A stretch of DNA of 50,522 nt, taken from contig NC_068995.1 in the NCBI RefSeq assembly GCF_001194135.2, positions 28,526,086-28,576,607 of the forward strand. The letters are read 5' to 3'. Source of the stretch: Octopus bimaculoides. Its lineage: Eukaryota. The notes under the pieces are model-generated. The model made no database searches, had not been told where the DNA came from, and saw nothing but the letters and a program-made list of their open reading frames with translations. The position numbers were made by a program, and so were the translations under genes. This document shows positions 12,501 to 25,360 of this stretch, piece after piece (position 1 is the first letter of the stretch; each line of letters opens with the position of its first letter).

Positions 12501-14352
12501 TTCAACTACTTCTATAGAAATATTGAGTTGTTTGCCTGTAATTAGCTTTGTCCAGCTTATACAATACTATGAGTGCCTGGTAACATTGTAGATGTCAAAC
12601 ATCCAATTATGGCCTATGCTTGACCCATGATTGCAGTTCAGTCAAGGTAATGAGTTGCAGAAAGATGTGTTAGACAGAAGGCACCCACACCAGTTAACCT
12701 TCATTTTCATCATCATTGTTGACACCATTGCAGCAATCTAGATATTTTCTGTAGCTCTCTCAGCCTCAGTGCTCAGAGTGGATGTTGACAGTAGATAGAT
12801 TTTCTGACCAGCTGAACCTGACCCTTCCATACGTATCAGAATACATCATAATAGGTTATACACTAGAGTCCACAACAAAAACCACCTACACAACAAAGCA
12901 AAAATACTAAAAATGAAAGACAGCCTATAAATAGGCAAGATTAGTTACCACAGTAAAATTCAACTGTCATCCATCCTATACCATTATCTTCAAATACATG
13001 TACAAAACCTCAGAACATTACAACTGTCTCAAAAAAAAAAAAAAAAAAAAAAAACTCCTCACCCTATCAGCCCCACAAAACAGGAAAATAATACAAAATA
13101 ATACATACAGAAATTACTGTAACAGTTTCACTAGTTCAACATTGTACTGGGATGCACTCTACCTACCAAAAGTGCAAAGAAACACCAGATGTCATTCTTT
13201 GATAGGGACTGTCTTACCCACCCACACAATGGAGACTACCAGAATCTGAGTTTACAGAAACAAACTGGAGAGTGATGTGTGTCACCTGTTTACATTATCA
13301 CACTGTTCCCAGATTCATCAATTGAGTTTAGTACATTCCTCAGCTAGGTGAAAACATCATAACTAGAAAAACAAATTAGTATGTGGTACATAATCATTCA
13401 GTTGACAATCTGTATGCAATCAAATTGCTGGATAAGAGCTGACCTCACATCAACTTTCTTCAATAATTCTTTTAATTTTCCTACTGTCGTTAAATTTGTT
13501 TTTATTTTTAATTACAGCTCATCTGTTTTAATATATTCCTATTTCAACCTACCTTTAGCATTCAGATTATTCCGTCAAAAGTAATGCTTATTTATTGAAA
13601 TTGTTTTGAATTAATCATGCATTATCTTGTAGGTTTGGTGAGCAAAACTGGATCTGGCCAGTTTGAACATAATACAGGAAGAATATTTTGGTTGGATATG
13701 GCCAGATTAAATGCTAAAGGGTTAAATTTATTTTGTATTTTTTTTTATACTTGTACCACTATCTTATTCCAATCTAAAATTCTCAATTCTGTTTTGGTTT
13801 CATTTAAATCCCTTTTAATTAAGGAAATCTGCTGATTAGCTAGTAAGTAAAAACATTTTATATTCAACACAAAAAATGAAACATTTAGTGAGGGTCCACC
13901 CACCATAACCCCTTCCTTATCAGTCAGTTTATTCTATTTGTTTATTTTTGATGTCACTCTATTACTGAATTTGTTCAAATGACTCTGCCCTTTCTCTCTC
14001 CCCTTTCACTGCTTTGATTGCTCATCTTCTCTACCTATATACATCTATTTAGCTTTCCAACTCTCTCTCCTCCACTAATCTCTAAATGTCTACTTGTAAT
14101 TATGAAAACTTGTAATCAACAAACTGAATCACTCCAGAAGAAATGTGACCTGTAAAGTTACAATGAAGAAAATCTATCTTATAGTCCTGGTCACTCTGAA
14201 TTGAAAACCAATACAAGATAGATAGGGGCTCTGTATCCAGTAAGACAAACTCTTGAGTGCTGGAGACACAATAAAACATCATGGCCCACATTTGATGAAT
14301 GGAAGCCATTCATTCTTGGACTTGATTCTACAGAACAGTACTACGCCATTCA

Positions 14353-15477
14353 TATTAGGTTCAAGAGAAAGTCCTGACATCATTGACATGATTACTGTGA
14401 GGGTACTTTTTAAATACAGTTAGATAAGCATTATTTTTTACATTCTATTATTAACTTTTTTTTGCAGATTACTTTATACATAGTGGTTAAATTTATATTG
14501 CTTTCACTCTTTTAAATTGAGTTTAGATCAGAATGATGCCATACACTGTAAACAGTAGGAATTCAAAGGGAGTTCTTGAGCAATGGAAGCAGCAAAAAGT
14601 ACTTGCTCTGTCTTTGGAAATGAAAGTTTAAGTATTTGGATATGCCAACAACTGTTTGGTCAGTTTCACTTGGGAAATTTTATTTTATAGATTTCCCATG
14701 ACAAAGTTCTGTCAATATTGAGTTTTTGAAAACTGTAATTGAAGAAAATCCAAAGCAAACTGCAAAACAGTTCAATTCATTCCCCATCATCTGAGTGGTT
14801 CTCAGCTTAAGCAGAAAGTTGCCCTTTGCTTGTCATTGAAGAGTAGACTTGTTACCAAACTTTTCAAAATGAGAATGGTTAGCAATCAATAAATAAGGAC
14901 CACACCTGGGAAAACCAGGGCTATACTCGGGAAAAGTTATACTCAGTGTTTGGTGGGATAAGATGCATTTCATCTATCATGAAATATAAACCAAAACAGA
15001 ATAGTTGATGCAAAGAATTATTGTTATCAGGTGGAAACATTTCAGAAAAATATGCAGAAGTGCCCATCACTGGTCAACTGTAAAGGGATGTTATTTTTTC
15101 ATGATAATGTAAGACCACATATTGCTAAAGTCACACTGGAAAAGATTATGGTACTAAATATGATAGTTTTGCCTCATCTTCCTTACTCTCCTGACTTTGC
15201 TCTATTCAACTATCATCTTTTCAGGTCATTTCAACATTATTTAGAGGGAGAACAGTTTATTAGTTGTGATGAAGCTAAAAATGATATTGTGTGCTTCTTT
15301 GCTTCAAAATCTGAAGAATTTTACTGATGAGAAATCAACAATTTGTCAAATAGACAGAATTATGCTATCAATAATGAGTGGAAATATTATTGTGATTAAA
15401 TACATCAATTAAGACCAAAGAATCATTTGCGCCTTTCCCACCATGAAATGCAACAGGACTTTCTTTCCAAACTAATA
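14353..15477 (+). mobile_element. Mariner element with both TIRs, disrupted transposase
   Basis: Left end TATTAGGTTCAAGAGAAAGTCCTG, right end CAGGACTTTCTTTCCAAACTAATA. ORF 15031-15327 has FHDNVRPH and PHLPYSPDFALFNYHLFRS. Confidence 0.88.
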
Positions 15478-15718
15478 CAATCAACTATTCAAATATGAAA
15501 TGGGTAAAATGAATTATTTAAAGTTTTCAGCTAAAATGAAATGTAGAATAGCTTGAGTCACTAGAACTTCTTAATCACTAAACAATTTAAATAAAATATT
15601 CTGTCTAAAAATTAAGCATGATACTTGCAATAAAGTTTCAATTCCCAACTTTCAATCAATAGCTTTCACATTTAAACATTAAGCAAATACCCACAGTGCA
15701 AGTTACAATGCAACTTAC

Positions 15719-15810
15719 CAATTGCTTTTCTTGGCGCTCCAGTGCTGTACGATCACGAGCCAGATCTCTCTGTGTCTTTCTTGTTATCTGTTCATTCTGA
15801 CGAATTTGTT
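15719..15810 (-). CDS. CHMP2B: CHMP2B exon 2 (92 nt)
   Basis: Acceptor TTATTTTCAG and donor GTAAGT. Encodes (Q)QIRQNEQITRKTQRDLARDRTALERQEKQL, similar to vertebrate CHMP2B RDRAALEKQEKQL. Size and phases match the vertebrate exon 2 as I recall it. Confidence 0.92.
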
Positions 15811-17076
15811 CTGAAAATAATAATTACTTAGGGTAAATCCTGAGCATGTATTAAAAGAAATACAAGATCATGTGTTTGAGTAATAAAGCATTGGAAACAC
15901 TGCCAACTAGGAAGCAAAATCAGAAGACAAATGTGCTTTACCAAGAGCTTATTACTTGACTACTGCACATACTTCAGATAATAATAGTTTCCTGTGCTTA
16001 GGTAAAAGCATTTTTTGTTATGACAAGTTGATAGAATCAATTATTTTGTACTAGAACGAGTCAATAATTTATAGCCATCTTCTACAAAAGTCATCTGCTG
16101 ACATGAAATATATATATATTTTTTATGATGTGTATGTGTATATGTATATACCATAAAAACCATGTAATTTGCGCACCCGTGTAAATTATGCAAGTGATTT
16201 TCAGGATAAAAATTGTTAAAAAATGCTTCTACTCATGTAAAATTCGCACCCATAAGTTTTCAGAATTGCCAATATAGCCAGGGGAAAAAGGTTTCCAGTT
16301 TAGTTGTATTTAGCATAATTTCATTTACTTACTGATTAGATTTCATTAAATTTTCATTAAAAAAAATAATTTCTGCTTAGCAGGTATCACATTAAAAGCT
16401 ATTAAATAACAAAGTGTTTGTGTTGTTTATAATAGACTTTATTTCACATTTCTTGCACACAAGAGACTATGTCCAATCTTTAGCATACTACTGTATGTCT
16501 TCTCAAATCACGGTCACAGGAAAAGTTGTTGATAAGAATTATCAACAAAAGCAAAGCTGATAAATATGCACAGGTGTTGCAAATTTAGTTTAATTATCAA
16601 TAAACATCAGCTTGGATGACACTTTACTCAACTGACAAAGGAAGGTGACTGATCAAACTGATTATGTAAACAGAAATCTGATTTGTCAAAAGTGTCTTCT
16701 TGTTTCAAGCTCTGATTTTCTGCCTATTCTTGTCAGAACCTTTGATATGGAGTATCGAAATTTTAATCCCTTTCACACTTATAAAATGTCAAACAAGCTT
16801 AAAAATTTGTCATTACCATTTTAGCTGGGTTAGGGTTAGGGTAGTTTGGTAACTTGCTAAAATAAACATTAAAAATTGAAAGGAGAAAATGAACAGCTTT
16901 GCAAGTTTAATTCAGTGTTTATTGGACAAGAGAGGCATGAAATTTAATAAGTGACTTGTATGTACATGTAAACATGTTTATGTATTGATATGTTTGTCTG
17001 TTCAAGTTGTATATATGACTGTTACTCTGTTGAAAGTTGTGTGTGTGTATGTATATATATATATATATATATATAT

Positions 17077-19760
17077 CATCATCATCGTCCACTTTCCATG
17101 CTAGCATGGGTTGGACGATTTGACTGAGGACTGGCAAACCAGATGGCTGCACCAGGCTCCAATCTGATCTGGCAGAGTTTCTACAGCTGGATGCCCTTCC
17201 TAACGCCAACCACTCCAAGTGTGTTGTGAGTGCTTTTACATGCCACCAGCACAAGGGCCAGTCAGGCAGTACTGGCAGCGGCCACGCTCAAATGGTGTTT
17301 TTTATGTGCCACCTGCACAGGAGCCAGTCCAGTGGCACTGACAACGACCACGCTCGAATGGTGCTGTCAGCGCTCCACTGGCATGGGTGCCAGTCATTGA
17401 ATTTGGTTCAAGTTTGATTTCGCTTGCCCCAACAGGTCTTCACAATCAGAATTTAGTGTCCAATGAAGGAAGGTTGGCATGGGTACCAGTCGTTGAATTT
17501 GGTTTGATTTTGATTTCACTTGCCTCAACTAGTCTTCACAAGCAGAGTTTAGTGTCCAATGAAGGAAAGGTATGCATAAGTGGGCTGGCTACACCCCTGG
17601 TAAAGGCGATGAGTTATGGTCTCACTTGTCTTGCCGGGTCTTCTCACACACAGCATATTTCCAAAGGTCTCGGTCACAAGTCATCGCCTCAGTGAGGCCT
17701 AATGTTCGATGGTTGTGTTTCACCACCTCATCCCAGGTCTTCCTGGGTCTACCTCTTCCACAGGTTCCCTCAACTGCTAGGGTGTGGCACTTTTTCACAC
17801 AGCTATCCTCATCCATTCTCACCAAATGACCATACCAGTGCAGTCGTCTCTCTTGCACACCACAACTGATGCTTCTTAGGTTCAACTTTTCTCTCAAGGT
17901 ACTTCCACTCTGTTGAGTATGCACACTGACATTACACATCCATTGGAGCATACTGGATTCATTCCTTGTGAGCTTATGCATGTCCTCAGCAGTCACGGCC
18001 CATGTTTCACTGCCATGTAGCATGGCTGTTCGCACACNNNNNNNNNNNNNNNNNNNNNNNNNNNNNNNNNNNNNNNNNNNNNNNNNNNNNNNNNNNNNNN
18101 NNNNNNNNNNNNNNNNNNNNNNNNNNNNNNNNNNNNNNNNNNNNNNNNNNNNNNNNNNNNNNNNNNNNNNNNNNNNNNNNNNNNNNNNNNNNNNNNNNNN
18201 NNNNNNNNNNNNNNNNNNNNNNNNNNNNNNNNNNNNNNNNNNNNNNNNNNNNNNNNNNNNNNNNNNNNNNNNNNNNNNNNNNNNNNNNNNNNNNNNNNNN
18301 NNNNNNNNNNNNNNNNNNNNNNNNNNNNNNNNNNNNNNNNNNNNNNNNNNNNNNNNNNNNNNNNNNNNNNNNNNNNNNNNNNNNNNNNNNNNNNNNNNNN
18401 NNNNNNNNNNNNNNNNNNNNNNNNNNNNNNNNNNNNNNNNNNNNNNNNNNNNNNNNNNNNNNNNNNNNNNNNNNNNNNNNNNNNNNNNNNNNNNNNNNNN
18501 NNNNNNNNNNNNNNNNNNNNNNNNNNNNNNNNNNNNNNNNNNNNNNNNNNNNNNNNNNNNNNNNNNNNNNNNNNNNNNNNNNNNNNNNNNNNNNNNNNNN
18601 NNNNNNNNNNNNNNNNNNNNNNNNNNNNNNNNNNNNNNNNNNNNNNNNNNNNNNNNNNNNNNNNNNNNNNNNNNNNNNNNNNNNNNNNNNNNNNNNNNNN
18701 NNNNNNNNNNNNNNNNNNNNNNNNNNNNNNNNNNNNNNNNNNNNNNNNNNNNNNNNNNNNAGGACTATGACAAATAGGAGGGGGCTGAGGACTGAACTTT
18801 GGTGGACCCCTACCTCTACCCAGAATTCTTCACTGTACTCGTTGCCAACCCTCACCTTATTGACAGCATTCCTGTACATGGCTTGCACAGCTCTCACTAA
18901 CCATTCATCTATCCCTAGTTTCCTCATTGACCACCAGATGAGGGATCAGGGGATCAAAGGCTTCCATGTCAACGAAAGCCAGGTACAAAGGTTTATCTTT
19001 GGCTAAGTATTTCTCCTGCAGCTGTCTTACCAGAAATATAGCATCAGTGGTGCTTTTCCCTGGCACGAATCCAAACTGCATCTCATTTAAGCTGACTCTC
19101 TCCCTAATTATTTGGGCTATGACCCTCTCCGTGACCTTCATTACCTGGTCCAACAACTTGATACCTCTGTAACTGTTTGTGTCTAAAGCGTCACCTTTAC
19201 CTTTGTAACAGTTGATTATGGTGCTGCTACACCAGTCATTGGGTATGACTCCTTCACCTGGTTAACTATACGGGTGACTAGGCTATAGCTGACACTGCCA
19301 GATATTTTGAGCATCTTTGCAGTGATTCCTGATGGGCTGGGGTCCTTTCCTGTCTTCATACTCTTAATTTATTTATCTACCATGGTACTGTCAATTAGGA
19401 TAGCTGGTCCCTCTGTTGGGTTGACATTCGGCAGACTCTCTTTCTCCCATTCATTCTCTTTATTGAGCAACCTTTCGTAGTGGTATCTCCAAACCTCTTT
19501 CTTTGCTGCCTTGTTTAGTGCAAGTGTACCATCATCCATGTGGACACATTTCTCTCCTACGACATCACGATTCTCTCTCACACACTGTCTTGCAACACGA
19601 AATACTTCAAGTCTTTGGTCCTCACACACAGAACATTGGCAAATTTGTTCTTATCTGCTTCCCTCTGGCTAAATAAACCTGTCGCCTAGCCTCCCTTCTG
19701 GCAGTCTGATACAATTCCCTGCTACCTCCATTCTTCCAGTCCTTCCAAGCCTAAGAAGTG
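17077..19760 (-). mobile_element. RTE LINE, 5'-truncated, spanning an N gap
   Basis: RT fragments MQFGFVPGKSTTDAIFLVRQLQEK, AFVDMEAFD, GVHQSSVLSPLLF, MLHGSETW, RLHWYGH; (GAT)n tail at 17077. Confidence 0.9.
18038..18760. other. Assembly gap
   Basis: N run. Other gaps near 22955-22963, 23239-23248, 24008-24365, 30453-31010 and 49177-49341. Confidence 1.
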
Positions 19761-20479
19761 ATTCAGTACGATTGTTTCAAACAGCTCCATTTAATTGAAT
19801 AATGCAATCATTACATCAATTTAAATGCAGGGCTATCTTCAGCTGCATAAATAGATAGAATTTTTAATCAGTTGGACACATTAATATAACCTGTGCACGA
19901 CTTATTTTTTCCGATTTTTTTCTGATTCTTAGCTTATAATCAATATAAAGATAGCATGATTTATCGCCCCAGTATTCCATAAATAAATACCCAGAGCAAT
20001 CTTTATAGAAACCACCTAAGAAGTGAATAATTAAGTACAGGAATGAATATTAAACTAATTCTATGTAATCTTCCCTTTCTAATGTTGAAAATTGGTATAT
20101 ATACACATTTTATCTATTTTGGTTATAATATCATTTTTAGTAATCTTAAATTTTATCTTTATACAACATAATATTGTTTATATACAATCATCCTTAGTAC
20201 CCCATGATAATTGCCTCTGTATTAACATCATAAGTTTTAATAGCATCTTGCCCCTTCAACTGGTAATTAACATCTTGATTTGGAGTCTTCCCTACCCAGC
20301 CTCCTTTATAGACAGTTACTTATACAAATCCTAAAATCCTGACAATATTTATGACCATACCCAACTATAAACTGTCAACTCACGTCTGCCCTCCATTCTA
20401 AACAGACACTGTCCTCTAGCCTTAGATTTGGTAGTTGATAAAAAAAGATTAATAAATTAAAAATGAACCACAATCCTCT

Positions 20480-22880
20480 ACAAACTTCATACAGTTCTTA
20501 GAAGTGTAGTATATTCTTAGCTACAATAGCAGCAACATGGACTCTTTCCCTCTTCTTGCTCTATTAGAGAAATTGAGTACGAAAACAAGGATGGAAAAAA
20601 ATGGAGAAATGGTACACAAATACAAATAACAGGACATCAACAACAAGTGTCTTTCGACTAAGGACGAATGAAATTAAGCTGGCATGTGTGGAAGTAAAGC
20701 CTTAGGGCAGGGACATAAGAGATGACAGGCATGGGAAAGAATATAGATGTTGCACGGATGGCAGTCGAACCAAGAAAGAAAGGTCAGGCTTGGCTGAACA
20801 CTGGTCACATGGAAAGAGAGGAGAATGGTAGAGGCAAAGGGATAGAAGAACTTAACAAGGAAAAAACATTGATATTTTTTCCTTCTTAAGTTCTCTTTGT
20901 TTTTTTTTCTCTGCATGAATGTACATTTTTACTTTAATATTGTAACTTTTTTCAAACATAGTCTTGCCTATCACTTTTTAGCCTTGTGTCAAATACATAT
21001 TTTTTCGTTTTTCAATATTTATATGTACAACTCTCTATGATTTTTTTTCTACTAGTCCACCTGTTATGTTATATTCTACTATACACACATGGCCCTGTTT
21101 ATTATACTTTGTGTCGATCTGTTACCATTTTTTTAAACATATCCATTAAATTTTTATTCCTATTCTTATGTCATAGTTTACCGCATACAGACATGCATAC
21201 ACATTGATATGTCTGTCTTTTTTTCTCTTTTGTCTCTTACTGTTATTTTTCCCCTTTTACAACTTGCTTTCAAATATCCGATTTTTTCCCCTATTATCCC
21301 ATTTATATTCTCCCTTATAGTATCTTATTTTAATTTACTTTATTTTATTAAACCTTTTTTCATGTCCTTACAAAAATTACTCACACTGATGAAAATGACA
21401 ATGTATAAATTTAATTATAATTACCATGATTAAAATTTTTTCTTACATATTTGCATTGTCCTTTGAAACGCGCGTATGTATTGAAGCCTATTTTTGTATT
21501 AAATCTAATTTTGATTCAACATCTTTTTCTCCTCCATTCTTCTATAATTGTTTATGGTATATTTATACCTATAATGATATTTTCTAACGATATATATATA
21601 TATATATATCTCACCCATGACCGGTGTTCAGCCAAGCCTGATCTTTTTTTCTTGGTTCGACTACCATCTGTGCAACATTTATATTCCTCCCTGTACCTGT
21701 CAAATCTTATGTCTCTGCCCTAAGGCTTTACTTCCACACATGCCAGCTTAATTTAATTTATCCTTAGTCGAAAGACACCCATTGTTAATATCCTGTTATT
21801 TGTATTTGTGTACCATTTATCCACTTTTTTTCCGGCCTTGTCTTCGTATACATTCGCTGCTTTCTTTCAAGGAATCTAGTGCTCTTAGCTTAGTTTTTCC
21901 TTGGGGCTAGCCAGATTGGAGTAATCTCGAGTATATCCAGCCGAAATTGCAAAGATAATCTGGAACACGACTGAGGAAAGAAAACTCTGAATGACCCGTC
22001 GTTGTTTGCTTTGTATCATCTGTCTGGATGTTTCGTTGTCTCTTTTTGTATCACCTTACTGTCTGGATGTTTTGCGTTTTTGTCTCATTTTTGCATTTTA
22101 ATATATAAAAATATAGTGGCACATGTACATTTTGTTCTCTTATATGTAAGTATAAATATATATCTAAATTTTGTACAACTCTATTATTCTTTCTATTCTT
22201 TCAGTCACTTCACACTTACTTCGTTCATTCCATTCTTTGTTCTTTCGTACCCCCTCTCTCACATTTCCTTCATGCTCACCTTCCCTTCATGCTCACCTTC
22301 CCTCCTCTTTCACTTCACTCTGTCCCTTTCATTTGTTTTCTCGCCCATCCTTAATTCTTCTATTCCTCTGCCTCTACCTCTCTTTCTTCTCGCCCCATGT
22401 GACCGGTGTTCGGCCAAGCCTGAGCTTTCTTTTCTGGTTCGACTACCATCCATGCAACATCTATATTCCTCCCTGTGCCTGTCAAATCTTATGTCCCTGC
22501 CATAAGGCTTTACTTCCACAAGCAACAGCTTAATATTATTCATCATTAGTTGAAAAACAGCCCTTGTTAATGTAGTTATTTGTATTTGTGTACCATTTAT
22601 CTGTTTTTTTCCTTTCCATCCTTGTTTTTGTATACATTTGCTGCTTCCTTTCAAGGAATTTAGTGCTCTTAGTTTAGTTTCTTGGGGTTCACCAGATTGG
22701 AGCAATCTCGAGTATGATCAGCTGAAATTGCAAAGATAATCTGGAACTCGATTGAGGAAAGAAAACTCCGAATGACCTGTCCTTGTTTTCTTTGTATCGT
22801 CTGTTTGGATGTTTTGTTGTCCTTTTTTTGTATCAATTAACTGTCTGGATGTTTTGCGTTTTTGCCCCATTTTTGTATTT
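20480..22880. mobile_element. Non-coding Penelope-type pseudo-LTR cluster: one inverted and two direct copies
   Basis: About 20560-20820 is the reverse complement of 21612-21860; 21612-22090 is repeated at 22393-22880. A fourth copy lies at 46180-46505 (-). A hammerhead motif sits in the spacer. Confidence 0.7.
21383..21479 (+). ncRNA. Minimal type I hammerhead ribozyme motif with extended helix II
   Basis: ACA-CTGATGA-AAATGACAATG...CATTGTCCTTT-GAAAC-GCGC-GTA-TGT; helix III is the palindrome ACGCGCGT. Confidence 0.65.
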
Positions 22881-22897
22881 TTTATTTATATATACAA

Positions 22898-23121
22898 GCA
22901 CAGGAGTGGCTGTGTGGTAAGTAGTTTGCTTAACAACCACATTGTTTCAGGTTCNNNNNNNNNNTGTGTGGTAAGTAGTTTGCTTAACAACCACATTGTT
23001 TCAGGTTCAGTCCTACTGTGTGACACCTTGGGCAAGTGACTTCTACTATAGTCTCTGGCCGACCAAAGCCTTGTGAGTAGATCTGGTAGAGGGAAACTGA
23101 AAGAAGCCTGTCGTATATATG

Positions 23122-23160
<39 letters not shown>

Positions 23161-23235
23161 TTGTGTGTCTGTATTTGTCCCCCTAACATCACTTGACAAC
23201 TGATGTTGGTGTGTTTATGTCCCGTAACTTAGTGG
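22898..23235 (+). mobile_element. tRNA-derived SINE with internal (AT)/(GT) tract
   Basis: Head GGAGTGGCTGTGTGGTAAG...GGTTCAGTCC. Other copies at 26255-26420 (-), 31011-31312 (-) and a tail near 47815-47855. Confidence 0.75.
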
Positions 23236-23550
23236 TTTNNNNNNNNNNTATATATATATATATATATGTATATACATATATATATATATATTTAACATAA
23301 TAGGGTAAAAATTCGATATTAATTAATATCAATTTAATACCAGGAAACTAGCACATTAAAAGAATCAGAAGGTTCAGGAAAAAAAAATTTTCAAGATCCT
23401 AAAGGGATTATAGTACTTGTGTATATAAAAATGACCAGTAACTGGTCTGTTAATATGCTAGAAAAAGATCACTTAAAAAATTCTCAAAGAAAGATTCAGC
23501 GGAGCAAAAACAGGCGGGCGAGACCAGTGAAAATTATAAATACCTCGGTT

Positions 23551-23617
23551 ATCCATAGACTATAGTTTCAAAATCAATACCTCCAAATTAAAGTATCTAT
23601 TTATCATCAGTACAAAT
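23551..23617 (-). ncRNA. Minimal type I hammerhead ribozyme motif (GUC site)
   Basis: Minus strand ATTTGTA-CTGATGA-TAAATAGATAC-12 nt-GTATTGATTTT-GAAAC-TATA-GTC-TATGGAT; helix III is the palindrome ACTATAGT. Confidence 0.7.
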
Positions 23618-24364
23618 TGCCGATATTATTATAATCGAACAGAATCTCGTGCTAGTTGTCTCCAACCAGTGAAAACGTGCACGTGATTCTATCTATTATA
23701 AAGATTAAAATTCAAAAGTCTTAGTTTTGGCGCGCTGAATCCGGAAATATCTCTGCAGAAAATAATTTCTGCTTTGAATTTACCAACTTTGAGTAATGTG
23801 ATTATGGTTAATTAACATAATAAGGTAAAAATTCGATATTTTAAGTGATCTTTTTCTAGCATATTAACAGACCAGTTACTGGTCACTTTTATATACACAA
23901 GTATATATATATATATATATATATATAAACCGGATGGCAACACCAGGCTCCAATCTAAATTTGGCACAGCTGTAGAAACTCTGCCAAATTTAGATTGGAG
24001 CCTGGTGNNNNNNNNNNNNNNNNNNNNNNNNNNNNNNNNNNNNNNNNNNNNNNNNNNNNNNNNNNNNNNNNNNNNNNNNNNNNNNNNNNNNNNNNNNNNN
24101 NNNNNNNNNNNNNNNNNNNNNNNNNNNNNNNNNNNNNNNNNNNNNNNNNNNNNNNNNNNNNNNNNNNNNNNNNNNNNNNNNNNNNNNNNNNNNNNNNNNN
24201 NNNNNNNNNNNNNNNNNNNNNNNNNNNNNNNNNNNNNNNNNNNNNNNNNNNNNNNNNNNNNNNNNNNNNNNNNNNNNNNNNNNNNNNNNNNNNNNNNNNN
24301 NNNNNNNNNNNNNNNNNNNNNNNNNNNNNNNNNNNNNNNNNNNNNNNNNNNNNNNNNNNNNNNN

Positions 24365-24395
<31 letters not shown>

Positions 24396-24479
24396 TGTGC
24401 TTTGAATGGCACAACAATGTACTATAATAACTGTTATAATTTAATCATCTATAGTCTGATATAATATTCCGCAATACAA

Positions 24480-25360
24480 AAATTCCTTCTTCAGATATTC
24501 CTAGGAATTGATCAAGTCACAGCTATATTTGGTTTTCCAACGTTTTTTTCTTTTCTGGAAGTGTCTCTGTAGTGGTCACACGAAGCTCCTTCTGGAATTC
24601 CTCATGAGAAGTGTGTGAGGTCGGCTATATTTCAATCTCGTGTGTGTTGGTACATCTGTAGCGCTGCTTCTAAGTTATGTATTATACATGCAGTTTCCTT
24701 TTATTTTTTTCTTTCTTTTTATAAACAATACATGAGCATGTTATCAAAAATGAACCAACATGCAACCAGCTGTAGCTAAATAATATATTGACTGATTACC
24801 TCCAACCTGTTGTTAATTTGGGGCCCTAGTGTGTCTATGAGTAAAGCTTCCTTAATTCTTATATTACCCCAATTTTTTTCATTGGCCTCAACTGTGACTG
24901 TTATGCTTTTGTTGGTGTTCTGGCATCTGTCTAGATGTTTTCTGAAAGAGGAGGCTCTTGTGTTTAGATGTTCTTTGATGCGAATGTGTAACAGTCTTGT
25001 TGTACTACCCACATAGAACAGAGCTTATTGCATTGTATTCTATACACAACATTTACCCGTTGGCATAAATCTGTGTCACAGATAGGGCAGTTTGCTAGTG
25101 GGCATTGATTGCTGTCCTTGCTCATTTCTTTGTGAGGTGTCTTCGTAGAGAGAGGCTGGAGCAGGCTAGTTGTGTGTCTAGTCCTTCTCTTCTTATGGCT
25201 CTTCAGACGGCTGTAGTTATCCTCTTGCTAAAATGGAGTGTCTTAAGGAAGCATGTGTTGCTGGGTTTTCTGTGAGTTTGGTGTGTTTATCGTCTTGGGT
25301 ACTTAAGCTGATTTACAATGGATATAGGGTACCCGTTGGTTTTCAATATCTCTAGGAAAC
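24480..25360 (-). mobile_element. Penelope-like 3' fragment with GIY-YIG endonuclease
   Basis: NVVYRIQC then (YV)GSTTRLLHIRIKEH...IKEALLIDTLGPQINNR (ORF 24776-25012). Confidence 0.8.

Noticed and set aside
17968-18777. Long ORFs across N runs or microsatellites (also near 24 kb, 30.3-31 kb, 49 kb, 9.9 kb, 44.9 kb)
   Set aside because: Artefacts of gaps or simple repeats.
21985-22000. CTGAGGAAAGAAAACTCTGAATG as a hammerhead core
   Set aside because: No GAAA and no convincing helix II or III in any copy.
22912-22995. Direct duplication of the SINE head
   Set aside because: The copies flank a 9-N gap; unmerged contig overlap.
23941-24007. Perfect 26-bp inverted repeat of RTE tail sequence
   Set aside because: It ends exactly at an N gap, so it is probably a fold-back assembly artefact.
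24440-24500. CTGAAGA...GGAA motif on the minus strand in the PLE 3' region
   Set aside because: GAAA and helix I are not intact; at most a decayed ribozyme.
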